The notes under the pieces: model-generated
What the model was told of the DNA's origin: nothing
The model's database searches: none
Seen by the model: only the letters and a program-made list of their open reading frames with translations
Made by a program: the position numbers and the translations under genes
Source: Hyphomicrobiales bacterium
GTDB lineage: Bacteria; Pseudomonadota; Alphaproteobacteria; Rhizobiales; Beijerinckiaceae
Direction: 5' to 3'
Length of the DNA stretch: 52,069 nt
Assembly (NCBI GenBank): GCA_031367295.1
Contig: JANLPP010000484.1
Span: forward strand, 1-52,069
Shown: in pieces, positions 1-8,728 of the stretch
Layout of the letters: every line of letters starts with the position of its first letter
Position numbering within the stretch: position 1 is the stretch's first letter

Positions 1-260
1 CCCTTGAACTCGCCTTCCGTCACATTGGCTTTGGTGGCGGCAAGGCACATGTCGCCGACTTTCTGCCAGTCCGCGTCGGTGGGCGAACCCTTGCCGACGC
101 CGGGGATTTGCAGCAGCGCCTTGCGCAGATCGTCGGCCGCCGAGGCCGGGCCGGCACCGACGCCAAGCGCGCTGGCCGCGCCAAGCGCGGACGCGCCGAG
201 GAGAACGCTGCGGCGGCTCGCCTGCAGCTGCATGAAATGATCATAGACCTGTTGTTTCAT
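1..260 (-). CDS. Exported protein with twin-arginine signal peptide, N-terminal part (gene continues past the left edge); possibly a periplasmic solute-binding protein
   Basis: This reverse frame is absent from the ORF track because it has no stop in the window. ATG at 260 is preceded by GGAGGA (complement of 267-272). Translation: MKQQVYDHFMQLQASRRSVLLGASALGAASALGVGAGPASAADDLRKALLQIPGVGKGSPTDADWQK... It has an SRRxxLLG Tat motif, an Ala-rich h-region and an ASA-AD cleavage-like site. It is divergent from the sugar locus. Confidence 0.55.
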   Translation of the reverse strand, partial: MKQQVYDHFMQLQASRRSVLLGASALGAASALGVGAGPASAADDLRKALLQIPGVGKGSPTDADWQKVGDMCLAATKANVTEGEFK

Positions 261-447
261 CACTAATCCTCCCGTTGGCGGCTGACACCTTCCGCACGGG
301 TTTCGCCCCGCCGGATAGACTCGTCCAGGTGCTGATTGTCGTCTTTTTGTTTTTTCGCTGGCGAGGACACCTGACACTTGCCCGGCACCGCTGTCCAGTA
401 GCGTCGCACTCCGCCAGAAATTTGCCAAGCGAAACTGCGAACGAATG

Positions 448-481
448 TTACTTTACACAAATACTTTTTTGTGTAAAGTAA
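448..481. promoter_or_regulatory. Perfect 14-bp inverted repeat TTACTTTACACAAA-N6-TTTGTGTAAAGTAA; candidate operator in the divergent promoter region
   Basis: Read directly from the sequence. It is an AT-rich palindrome in an otherwise GC-rich intergenic region, about 35 nt upstream of the TTG start at 516. An RpiR-family regulator is encoded in the same locus. Confidence 0.5.
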
Positions 482-515
482 GATTTGCAGCCGAGCCTTT
501 CAGCGTCGGCATTTC

Positions 516-1529
516 TTGTCCGATGGCATTGGAGGCGCGGCTTTGCGCGAATTGCAGTTTGCTGCCCGGCTAAACTCGTTCCACTCCCGGTCAGAGGATT
601 ACTGGCCGCTTAAGAATCATAAAGTTACGACACTTGATCTCTTGCAGCGGGCGGCGACAGTGCCGGGCCTGAACGCGGTTGACCTGAACTACCCGGACCA
701 TCTGGCGGATGTGGGTGGCGCGGACTTGCATGCATGCCTTGTGGACAGCAAGCTCGCCCTCAACGGCTATGCAATGCGCTACTATTCCGACCCCGCTTTC
801 AAAATCGGCGCCTTCACCAATCCCGATCCGGCGGTGCGCCGCAAGGCCATCGACCTCACCAAACGCGGCATCGATTCCCTGCGCGCGGCGGGCGGCCAAG
901 TGATGACCCTGTGGCTAGGCCAGGACGGTTTTGATTATTCCTTCCAGGCTGACTACGGCGCGCTGTGGCAAATGGAAGTCAGCGCCATCCACGAGATCGC
1001 AGCGCATGATCCGGCCATCGACATCAGCCTCGAATACAAACCGAATGAGCCGCGCGCCTTTGCCCTTTTGCCGGATGTGGCGACGACACTGTTGGCAATT
1101 AGAGAGGCGGGCAACGCCAACCTCGGCGTGACGCTGGATTTCGCCCATGTGCTCTACGCCGGCGAAATGCCGGCCTGTGCGGCGGATCTCGTGGCGCGCC
1201 ACAGCCGCCTGCTCGGCGTGCATCTCAATGACGGCTACGGCAAGCGCGACGACGGGTTGATGGTGGGTTCCGTGCATGTGCAGCAGACGATTGAACTGCT
1301 GCATGCACTTGATGTGATCGGCTACGCTGGCGCGCTGTATTTCGACACGTTTCCGGACGCTTCGGGCCTCGATCCGGTGGCCGAATGCGCCGCCAATATC
1401 AGTTCCGTTCTGGCGATGAAAAACATCGTGAAGCGGCTGCGCGGCTCGCCCGCGCTCAGCGAGGCCATGGCGCGGCAGGACAGCGTCGCGGCGCAAAGAA
1501 TCGTGCAGGCGGCGATGTTTGGCCTTTAG
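516..1529 (+). CDS. Xylose-isomerase-like TIM-barrel sugar isomerase/epimerase
   Basis: 337-aa ORF. Contains LEYKPNEPRAF (compare the EPKPxEP motif of xylose isomerase-class enzymes), and DFAHV and HLNDG metal-ligand-like motifs. Start is TTG and is uncertain. Confidence 0.8.
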   Translation: MSDGIGGAALRELQFAARLNSFHSRSEDYWPLKNHKVTTLDLLQRAATVPGLNAVDLNYPDHLADVGGADLHACLVDSKLALNGYAMRYYSDPAFKIGAFTNPDPAVRRKAIDLTKRGIDSLRAAGGQVMTLWLGQDGFDYSFQADYGALWQMEVSAIHEIAAHDPAIDISLEYKPNEPRAFALLPDVATTLLAIREAGNANLGVTLDFAHVLYAGEMPACAADLVARHSRLLGVHLNDGYGKRDDGLMVGSVHVQQTIELLHALDVIGYAGALYFDTFPDASGLDPVAECAANISSVLAMKNIVKRLRGSPALSEAMARQDSVAAQRIVQAAMFGL

Positions 1530-1590
1530 GGGCAAGTGCGCCGCAACGATGAAAGAAGCAAGCAAAGCAACTGAACAAGGAGGGTAACAT

Positions 1591-2658
1591 ATGCAAACGA
1601 AATTCTGGATCGGCGCGCTCATGGGCGCCGCCTTCACCGCCGGGCTGTCTTTCAGCGCCAGCGCGCAGGCGCTGAAACCGCTGAGCTCCGACAGCGAGCC
1701 GGACCGCATGGACTGGTCGCAGCTGGACGCCAAATTCGGCGCGATGCCGAAAATGGCTGAAGGCATCAAGGTGGGCGCGGTCGCCAAAACCCTGACCAAC
1801 GAATATTGGCGCAGCCTCGGGGAAGGCTATGTCAAGGCTGGCAAGCGCTTTGGCGTGACAGTGGATTTGCAGGCGGCGCAGAGTGAGGGCGACCAGCTCG
1901 GCCAGCTGGCGATTGCCGAAAACATGCTGACCAAAGGTTACAAGATGCTGCTGGTGTCGCCGCAGACCGATGCCAATCTGGTGCCGGCGGTGGAAGCTGC
2001 GGGCAAGGCGGGTGTGCCGGTGATCAATGTCAATGACGCGGTCATCCCCACCTCGAAAAACTATGTCGGCAACGTGCAGAAAGACAATGGCATGCGCGCC
2101 GCCAGGTGGTTTATTGCCAACCGGCCCGATGGCGGCAAGTTGGCGGTGATTGAAGGCATGGCCGGTGTTTACGCAGCAGTGCAGCGCACCGCAGGTTTTA
2201 AGGAAACCATCGCCAAGGATGGCCCCAAGCTCAGCGTTGTGGCCAGCGTGCCCGGCAACTGGGACCGCCAGCTGTCCTATGATGCGGCCACCAACATCAT
2301 CCAGAAAAACCCGGACATCGTCGGCTTCTACTGCAACAATGACGGCATGGCGCTGGGTGTTGTCGAGGCGGTGAAGGCGGCTGGCAAGCTGAAGCAAATC
2401 GCAGTGATAGGCACAGACGGCATTTCCGACGCCTACAAGTCGATCAAGGACGGCGAGCTGACCGGTACGGTTGACAGTTTCCCCGTGCTGACCGGCGAAG
2501 TGGCGCTGGAAGTGGCGCTGCGGCTCCAGTCCGGCCAGAAACTGCCGCGCGTGGTGGCAACCCCGCAGGCACTGGTGACCAAGGCGAATATGGCGCGCTA
2601 TTCCGGTGATGCAGCGGAAGTGCGCAAGAACCTGATTGAGGACGCCGCCGCGAAGTAA
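1591..2658 (+). CDS. Sugar ABC transporter periplasmic substrate-binding protein (RbsB/PBP1-like)
   Basis: 355 aa. Sec signal MQTKFWIGALMGAAFTAGLSFSASAQA. The body resembles ribose-binding-protein-type SBPs (LLVSPQTD, GVPVINVND, VIGTDG). AGGAGGG-like RBS upstream. Confidence 0.9.
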   Translation: MQTKFWIGALMGAAFTAGLSFSASAQALKPLSSDSEPDRMDWSQLDAKFGAMPKMAEGIKVGAVAKTLTNEYWRSLGEGYVKAGKRFGVTVDLQAAQSEGDQLGQLAIAENMLTKGYKMLLVSPQTDANLVPAVEAAGKAGVPVINVNDAVIPTSKNYVGNVQKDNGMRAARWFIANRPDGGKLAVIEGMAGVYAAVQRTAGFKETIAKDGPKLSVVASVPGNWDRQLSYDAATNIIQKNPDIVGFYCNNDGMALGVVEAVKAAGKLKQIAVIGTDGISDAYKSIKDGELTGTVDSFPVLTGEVALEVALRLQSGQKLPRVVATPQALVTKANMARYSGDAAEVRKNLIEDAAAK

Positions 2659-2671
2659 GGCGTCGCGATTC

Positions 2672-2798
2672 CCTTCTCCCGCAAAGCGGGAGAAGGTGGC
2701 GCGTAGCGCCGGATGAGGGCGGTCGGGCCTCTCAAATCCTGAAGGACTAAACGGCCCGACTGCCCTCACCCTAGCCCTCTCCCGTAAACGGGAGAGGG
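2672..2798. repeat. Structured intergenic element made of three GC-rich hairpins (REP-like) between the SBP and ATPase genes
   Basis: Hairpin 1, 2672-2696: CCTTCTCCCGC-AAA-GCGGGAGAAGG, 11 bp perfect. Hairpin 2, 2715-2767: GAGGGCGGTCGGGCC...GGCCCGACTGCCCTC, 15-bp arms with 1 mismatch. Hairpin 3, 2775-2798: CCCTCTCCCG-TAAA-CGGGAGAGGG, 10 bp perfect. Hairpin 1 recurs at 28485-28506. Confidence 0.7.
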
Positions 2799-2849
2799 GA
2801 CGGATTCGGCTTTACAAACCGAAATTCATACTGTCGTCAGGTCACTCCA

Positions 2850-4340
2850 TTGCCCACCCCCGCCGCCGCCCCGCTCCTCTCCCTCCAGCACATCTCCAAG
2901 GCATTCCCTGGCGTGCAGGCGCTTGCCGATGTCAGCTTTGATGTGTGCGCTGGCGAAGTGCATGCGCTGATTGGCGAGAATGGCGCGGGCAAATCGACGC
3001 TGCTGAAAATCCTGTCGGGCGTCTACCGCGCCAGCTCCGGCGAAATCCGCATCGCTGGCGATCCCCACGAAATAGCCAGCCCACGCGCCGCGCAAAATCT
3101 CGGCATTGCGCTGATCCATCAGGAATTGCAGCAGGTGCCGGAACTTGACGTGGCGCAGAACATGTTTCTGGGCCGCCAGCACCGGCGCTTTGGCATTTTT
3201 AATGACAGGCAGCGCATGCGCAATGAGGCGCGCGCCATCCTGCAAAACCTCGATCCCACAATTGATGTGACAGCGCCCATCAAAACATTGCGCGTGGCGC
3301 AGCGGCAGATTGTCGAGATTGGCAAGGCGCTGCTGGCGAGAGCCCGCATTATCGCCATGGATGAGCCGACCTCCAGCCTGACACCGCGCGAATTCGAAAA
3401 ACTGACGGCGGTCATCAAGACGCTGTCGGCGCAGGGTGTTGCGGTCATCTACGTCTCGCACAAGCTCGACGAAGTTTTCCGTGTTGCGTCAAAGGCGAGC
3501 GTGCTGCGGGATGGCAAGCTGGCGGGGCAGGCTGATCTTGCCACCAGCACGGAGGCTGATCTCGTCGCCCTGATGGTTGGCCGCGCCCTGACTGTCAGCC
3601 ATCGCGAGAGCCACGCGCAGGCGGACGTGGCCTTGTCGGTTGAGAACCTTGCACGCGGCGAGGCGGTGCGTGACGTATCCTTTGATCTGCACGCCGGGGA
3701 GATTTTGGGAATTGCCGGGCTGGTGGGGGCAGGGCGGACTGAAATTGTGCGGCTGATCGCGGGCCTCGATCGCCCGACCGGGGGGACACTCAAAGTCAGG
3801 GGCCGCGCTGTCGCCTTCCGCTCGCCGCGCGATGCCATCCGGGCCGGAATTGCGCTCCTGCCGGAGGACCGCAAGAAGGAAGGCATCATTCCGCTGCGCC
3901 CGGTCTTCGCCAATGTTGCCCTGCCGCGTCTTGGTGGGCTCGCACGTTTCGGCCTGCTCAATCTTGCCAGAGTGCGGGCGGCGGTTTCGGCCCTCACGCG
4001 CAGCGTCTCCATGCGCCCCGATGATGTTAATCGCCCGATCCGGCTGTTTTCCGGCGGCAACCAGCAAAAGGCGATTATCAGCCGTTGGCTGATGGCAAAA
4101 TCGGCCATCCTTATTTTTGACGAACCCACCCGGGGCATTGATGTCGGGGCCAAGAACGAGATCTACCAGCTGATAGAAAACCTTGCCCGCGAGGGCCGCG
4201 CCATTATCGTTGTCTCCTCTGAACTTCCGGAAATATTGCGGCTGGCCGACCGTGTTCTGGTGGTCAGGCGTGGCGCGATTGCCGGAATTGTACCGCGCGG
4301 TGTGCTGAGTGAAGCAGCCGTGATGCGGATGGCGGTCTGA
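2850..4340 (+). CDS. Sugar ABC transporter ATP-binding protein with duplicated ATPase domains (RbsA-like)
   Basis: 496 aa. First Walker A is GENGAGKST. The second domain has GLVGAGRTE and LSGGNQQK. The LLSLQHISKAFPGVQAL opening is typical. TTG start is uncertain. Confidence 0.9.
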   Translation: MPTPAAAPLLSLQHISKAFPGVQALADVSFDVCAGEVHALIGENGAGKSTLLKILSGVYRASSGEIRIAGDPHEIASPRAAQNLGIALIHQELQQVPELDVAQNMFLGRQHRRFGIFNDRQRMRNEARAILQNLDPTIDVTAPIKTLRVAQRQIVEIGKALLARARIIAMDEPTSSLTPREFEKLTAVIKTLSAQGVAVIYVSHKLDEVFRVASKASVLRDGKLAGQADLATSTEADLVALMVGRALTVSHRESHAQADVALSVENLARGEAVRDVSFDLHAGEILGIAGLVGAGRTEIVRLIAGLDRPTGGTLKVRGRAVAFRSPRDAIRAGIALLPEDRKKEGIIPLRPVFANVALPRLGGLARFGLLNLARVRAAVSALTRSVSMRPDDVNRPIRLFSGGNQQKAIISRWLMAKSAILIFDEPTRGIDVGAKNEIYQLIENLAREGRAIIVVSSELPEILRLADRVLVVRRGAIAGIVPRGVLSEAAVMRMAV

Positions 4341-4376
4341 CCTTGGCCAAATTATGCAAAACAGGAAAACCGCCGG

Positions 4377-5333
4377 ATGACGTCCCCAGCCGAAACGACC
4401 ACACGCTTGTCACTCGCCTGGCGCGATCTTGGCACGATCATCGGCCTCGTCATCATTGTCCTGGTGTTTTCCAGCCTCTCCGACGTGTTCCTGACCCAGC
4501 GCAATCTGGTCAACATTCTCCAGCAATCCAGCCTCAACGCCTGCATCGCCATCGGCATGACGCTGGTCATTATATCCGGCGGCATTGACCTGTCTGTCGG
4601 CCCGATAGCCGCGCTGACGGCAGTCGTCTGCGCCACGGCGATTGTGGCGGGCACGCCGGTCATCGTCGTCTTCACCATGGCTTTTGCCATCGGCGCTGCC
4701 TGCGGCCTGCTCAATGGTTGCCTCATTGCCTATGCCGGCCTGCAACCCTTTATCGTCACGCTCGGCACGCTCAGCGTGTTGCGGGCACTCGCCCTGATAT
4801 TCACCGGCGGCAGCCCGATTCTCGGCGTGCCTGCGGATTTCCGCACGCTGTTCACCTCGCAGATCGGCATACTGCCCGTGCCGGTCGTCATCGTCGCGGT
4901 CATCAGCGTCCTGGTCTGGGTGCTGCTGGCCCGCACACCGCTGGGCGAATATATTCTGGCGGTGGGTGGCAATGAGGAGGCGGCGCGGGTCAGTGGCGTG
5001 CCCATCGCGGGGACCAAAATTTCGGTTTATGTCATCTCCGGCATTCTTGCCGCACTGGCCGCGCTGATTCTCGTCGCCCGCCTCGGTGCGGCCGAGCCCA
5101 CGCTTGGCAATTTGTGGGAACTTGAGGCTATTGCGGCCGCAGCCATTGGCGGAGCTTCACTGTCAGGCGGCAAGGGCTCCATCATCGGCACGATTATTGG
5201 CGCCATCGTGCTGGGGGCGATGCGCAATGGCCTGACCTTGCTCAATGTTCAGGCGTTTTACCAATTGCTTGCCACTGGTATCATCATCATAGCTGCCATG
5301 TTGATCGACCGTCTGACGCGAGGCAAGGAATGA
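4377..5333 (+). CDS. Sugar ABC transporter permease (RbsC-like)
   Basis: 318 aa and polytopic. GMTLVIISGGIDLSVG motif of the RbsC/AraH family. Confidence 0.9.
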   Translation: MTSPAETTTRLSLAWRDLGTIIGLVIIVLVFSSLSDVFLTQRNLVNILQQSSLNACIAIGMTLVIISGGIDLSVGPIAALTAVVCATAIVAGTPVIVVFTMAFAIGAACGLLNGCLIAYAGLQPFIVTLGTLSVLRALALIFTGGSPILGVPADFRTLFTSQIGILPVPVVIVAVISVLVWVLLARTPLGEYILAVGGNEEAARVSGVPIAGTKISVYVISGILAALAALILVARLGAAEPTLGNLWELEAIAAAAIGGASLSGGKGSIIGTIIGAIVLGAMRNGLTLLNVQAFYQLLATGIIIIAAMLIDRLTRGKE

Positions 5334-6187
5334 GCGCCCCCATGGACCCACGCACCGTGGGGCCGCGCATCCGCATGATGCTGCCCGACATGTCAGTGAT
5401 GGAGCAGCGCATCACCGAACTGCTGCTTGCCCGCGACTTTGACGACACGCTGCCGCTGAAACAGGTGGCGGATGACAGTCAGGTGTCGGAAGCCATGGTG
5501 GTGAAGACCGCCAAGAAACTCGGCTTTGACGGTTTTCGCGAGCTGCGCGCCGCGCTGGTCGAGTACAAGCGCCTGCCTTCGGTGGACATGCACGAGGAGG
5601 TGACGCCGGAAGACACGGCGGAGATGATACTGAAAAAAGTCTTCCGGACTTCGGTGCAGGCGCTGGAGGAGACGCTGGCGATCCTCGACATCGCCGCCTT
5701 CAAGCGCGCCGCTGATCTCATCCACGTGAGCCGCCAGCGCGATTTTTACGGTCTTGGCGGTTCGGCGCAAATTGCGCGTGACGCCGCCCACAAGTTTCTG
5801 CGCATCGGCATCCGTGCTTCGGTTTTTGATGACACGCATATGATGGCGATGTCGGCGAACTTGCTCGGGCCGGGTGATCTGGCCATCGCCTTCTCGCATT
5901 CGGGCCGCTCGTCCGGGCTGGTGGACGCCGTGCAGTTTGCCAAAGGCAATGGCGCGTCAATTATCGCTGTCTCCAACTATGACACAGGCCCCATCGCTGA
6001 ACTGTCCGATGTTGTGCTCTGCTCGACCGCGCGCGGCTCGCCGCTGACCGGCGAGAACGCGGCGGCCCGGATTGCGCAGCTCAATATTATGGACGCGGTA
6101 TTTATAGCCGTGGCGCAAAAGGGCTATGCCCAGGCTGAAAGCAACCTGTCGCGCACCATGGCCGCCGTCCACACCAAGCGCAAATAG
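5330..6187 (+). CDS. MurR/RpiR-family transcriptional regulator (HTH + SIS domain)
   Basis: 285 aa. N-terminal HTH region (LPLKQVADDSQVSEAMVVKTAKKLGFDGFRELR) and a C-terminal SIS-like region (FYGLGGSAQIA, FSHSGRS). ATGA overlap with the permease stop. Confidence 0.9.
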   Translation: MSAPMDPRTVGPRIRMMLPDMSVMEQRITELLLARDFDDTLPLKQVADDSQVSEAMVVKTAKKLGFDGFRELRAALVEYKRLPSVDMHEEVTPEDTAEMILKKVFRTSVQALEETLAILDIAAFKRAADLIHVSRQRDFYGLGGSAQIARDAAHKFLRIGIRASVFDDTHMMAMSANLLGPGDLAIAFSHSGRSSGLVDAVQFAKGNGASIIAVSNYDTGPIAELSDVVLCSTARGSPLTGENAAARIAQLNIMDAVFIAVAQKGYAQAESNLSRTMAAVHTKRK

Positions 6188-6199
6188 GCAGGGGCCACC

Positions 6200-7102
6200 A
6201 TGTCAGAACCGAAGTTTGACGTGATTGTCTGCGGCAGCCTGCACCTCGACATTATAGTGGAGGCCCCGCACCTGCCACGCCTTGACGAGACGGCGGCGGG
6301 CAAATCGTGGCGTCAGGCCTGCGGCGGCAAGGGCGGCAATCAGGCCGTTCAAGCGGCACGGCAAGGCGCACGCACGGCGATGATCGGGCGCGTCGGTGCG
6401 GATGATTTTGGCTGGCGTCTCTATGCCCATCTCGACGCGGCCGGCGTTGACCGCAGCGGCGTTCGCGTTGCCGGTGAAGCCGGGACTGGCATGAGCGTTG
6501 CCATTGTCGACGCCAATGGTGATTATGGCGCGGTGATTGTGTCGGGTGCGAACCTGTCGCAAAAGGCGACGCGGATCGTGGCGGACTGGCGCCGCCTTGG
6601 CGGCGCGCGCGTGCTGGTCCTGCAGAACGAAATTCCGGAGGCCGCGAATATCGCCGCAGCCACCATCGCACGGGAATCCGGCGCGCTGGTGGTGCTCAAC
6701 GCCGCGCCAGCGCGTGCGATGGACGCGGCGCTGCTCGATCTTGTCGATGTGCTGTTGGTCAACAAGGTTGAGGCGGAGATGCTGTCGGGCGCGCCGGTCG
6801 GCGACAGGCCAGGCGCCATCGCCGCGCTGGCGAGCCTTGGGGCCGGGCACCGGACAGTCATCGTCACGCTTGGCGGCGGCGGACTGGTAGTTGCAGTGCC
6901 GGGCAAAGCCCCGGTTGAGATTGAAGCCTTGCCAGTGAGCGTCGTCTCGACGCATGGCGCGGGCGACTGCTTTGCCGGGGCGTTGGCCGCGCGCCTTGCA
7001 GCGGGCGAGGATGTGCTGGCGGCCTGCCACTTCGCCAATGCCGAAGCGGGCGCGTTTGTCGGCGGCGTTCACGCTGATGCGGCGCAGGGAAGGATTTCAT
7101 AG
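6200..7102 (+). CDS. rbsK: PfkB-family carbohydrate kinase, ribokinase-like
   Basis: 300 aa. GGKGGNQAVQAAR ribokinase signature near the N-terminus. C-terminal TLGGGG and STHGAGDCFAGALAA (PfkB motif 2). Confidence 0.8.
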   Translation: MSEPKFDVIVCGSLHLDIIVEAPHLPRLDETAAGKSWRQACGGKGGNQAVQAARQGARTAMIGRVGADDFGWRLYAHLDAAGVDRSGVRVAGEAGTGMSVAIVDANGDYGAVIVSGANLSQKATRIVADWRRLGGARVLVLQNEIPEAANIAAATIARESGALVVLNAAPARAMDAALLDLVDVLLVNKVEAEMLSGAPVGDRPGAIAALASLGAGHRTVIVTLGGGGLVVAVPGKAPVEIEALPVSVVSTHGAGDCFAGALAARLAAGEDVLAACHFANAEAGAFVGGVHADAAQGRIS

Positions 7103-7103
7103 C

Positions 7104-7544
7104 ATGCTGAAAGGCATTGACCCTGTCCTCTCCGCCGAAGTCCTGCAGGTGCTCATGCTGATGGGCCATGGCGACGATCTCGTCCTCTGCGACGTCAACC
7201 ACCCCGCCGCCAGCATCGCCAGACACACGTCGCATGGTAAACTCATCGATATGAGCGGCTGCGACCTGCCGCGCGCCGCCGCCGCCATACTCTCGCTGAT
7301 GCCGCTCGACACATTTGTCGAGGAGCCGGTGATGCGCATGCAGGTTGTCGGCGACCCGCAAGGCACCGCGCCGATTTTTGCGCGCATGCAGCAGACGCTC
7401 GACACGGCGGAAGGCAGACCGGTGCGCATGGGCGCACTGGAGCGCTTCGGTTTCTATGCCGCCGCCAAACGCGCCTTCGCCATCATCCGCACCTCGGACC
7501 CCGGGCCTTATGGCTGTTTCATACTGCGCAAGGGCGTGATTTGA
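7104..7544 (+). CDS. RbsD/FucU-family sugar mutarotase/pyranase
   Basis: Internal ATG at codon 51 of ORF 6954..7544, 2 nt after the kinase stop. MLKGIDPVLSAEVLQVLMLMGHGDDLVLCDVNHPA matches the RbsD/FucU N-terminus. Confidence 0.8.
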   Translation: MLKGIDPVLSAEVLQVLMLMGHGDDLVLCDVNHPAASIARHTSHGKLIDMSGCDLPRAAAAILSLMPLDTFVEEPVMRMQVVGDPQGTAPIFARMQQTLDTAEGRPVRMGALERFGFYAAAKRAFAIIRTSDPGPYGCFILRKGVI

Positions 7545-7666
7545 GGCGGCTGCGGTTTGGCGCCGCATGTGGACTGCCGCCGCTGGCGCTGTGCCAGCTC
7601 TGCGCAGTGGCAATCGGCGCGCGCCTGTGCCACTTGGTCCCGTGCCGCCGCCAGGGAGACTGACCG

Positions 7667-8728
7667 ATGAAGAAACATGCGTTGATTGCCGGTGCCAGCG
7701 GAATTATCGGCCGCCAGCTTGCAGAATATCTTGCGGAGACTGGCGGCTGGGAGGTGACCGGCCTGTCGCGCCATGGCCGCAGCCTGCCAGGCGGCGTCAC
7801 GCCTGTGGCCGTGGATCTCAATGATGCCGCAGCCGTGGCACGCGCGCTGAAGCCGGTGTCACCCAGCCATGTTTTCATCACCGCATGGTCGCGTCAGGCG
7901 ACTGAGGCCGAGAACTGCCGCGTCAACGGCGCGATGGTGTCAAACCTGCTGGCCGCGCTCAATGGCAAGGCCATTGCCCATGTGGCGCTGGTCACCGGTC
8001 TCAAACACTATATGGGGCCGTTTGAAGCCTATGCGCGCTCAAAACCGGTGACGCCGTTTCGCGAGGAGCAGCCGCGTCTGCCTTATGAAAATTTCTACTA
8101 CACCCAGGAGGACGTTGTATTCGCCGGAGCAAAGCAGCAGGGCTACAGCTGGAGCGTGCACCGGCCCCACACGCTTATCGGCTATGCGGTGGGCAATGCC
8201 ATGAACATGGCGGGCACGCTCTGCGCCTATGCCGCCATCTGCAGGGAAACCGGACTGCCATTCGTGTTTCCCGGTTCGCCAGAGCAGTTTGTGGCCGCCG
8301 TTGATGTGACAGACGGGCGCATTCTGGCGCAGCATCTGGCATGGGCGGTGGCAACACCGGCAGCGGCCAATGCGGCGTTTAATGTGGTCAATGGCGAGGT
8401 GTTCCGCTGGAACTGGCTGTGGCCGAAACTCGCGGATTATTTCGGCATGGAACCAGCGCCGTATCCCGGCCATGCCAGCCCGCTTGAACGCAGCATGGCA
8501 GGCATGGAGCCGGTGTGGGACCGCATTGTTGCGCGGCATGGCCTCAAGCCAAATCCGCTGGCCGACGTGGCGTCCTGGTGGCATTCGGACGCGGATTTGG
8601 GCCGGACAATCGAGAATTTTACCGACATGACCAAGAGCCGCGATCTTGGCTTCCTGTGCTACCAGAATACGCTCAGGTCATTCATTGACGCTTTCGGCCG
8701 GCTGCGGCAGGAGCGGATCGTGCCGTAA
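7667..8728 (+). CDS. Atypical NAD(P)-dependent SDR (epimerase/dehydratase fold; PRISE-like enone reductase family)
   Basis: 353 aa. ALIAGASGIIG Rossmann motif. TGLKHYMGPFE motif, which from memory is typical of progesterone-5beta-reductase-like SDRs. Confidence 0.8.
   Translation: MKKHALIAGASGIIGRQLAEYLAETGGWEVTGLSRHGRSLPGGVTPVAVDLNDAAAVARALKPVSPSHVFITAWSRQATEAENCRVNGAMVSNLLAALNGKAIAHVALVTGLKHYMGPFEAYARSKPVTPFREEQPRLPYENFYYTQEDVVFAGAKQQGYSWSVHRPHTLIGYAVGNAMNMAGTLCAYAAICRETGLPFVFPGSPEQFVAAVDVTDGRILAQHLAWAVATPAAANAAFNVVNGEVFRWNWLWPKLADYFGMEPAPYPGHASPLERSMAGMEPVWDRIVARHGLKPNPLADVASWWHSDADLGRTIENFTDMTKSRDLGFLCYQNTLRSFIDAFGRLRQERIVP

Noticed and set aside
4-244. Two track ORFs at the left edge (4..240 +, 20..244 -).
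   Set aside because: Both are Arg/Ala/Pro-rich shadow frames. The third reverse frame, open to the window edge, has an RBS, an ATG and a textbook Tat signal peptide, and is the one I call.
915-2769. Long reverse-strand ORFs (915..1799, 294 aa; 1456..2769, 437 aa) opposite the isomerase and SBP genes.
   Set aside because: These are typical high-GC antisense shadow ORFs. They are extremely rich in R/A/G/H, carry no recognisable motifs, and overlap genes with clear family signatures. The second also reads through the hairpin repeat.
2672-2798. Hairpin repeat families (also 9839-9949, 28485-28506, 38599-38624, 46890-46968), considered as MITEs or IS remnants.
   Set aside because: No transposase or integrase is present in the window. 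I could define no terminal inverted repeats with target-site duplications. They are therefore called REP-like structured repeats, not mobile elements.
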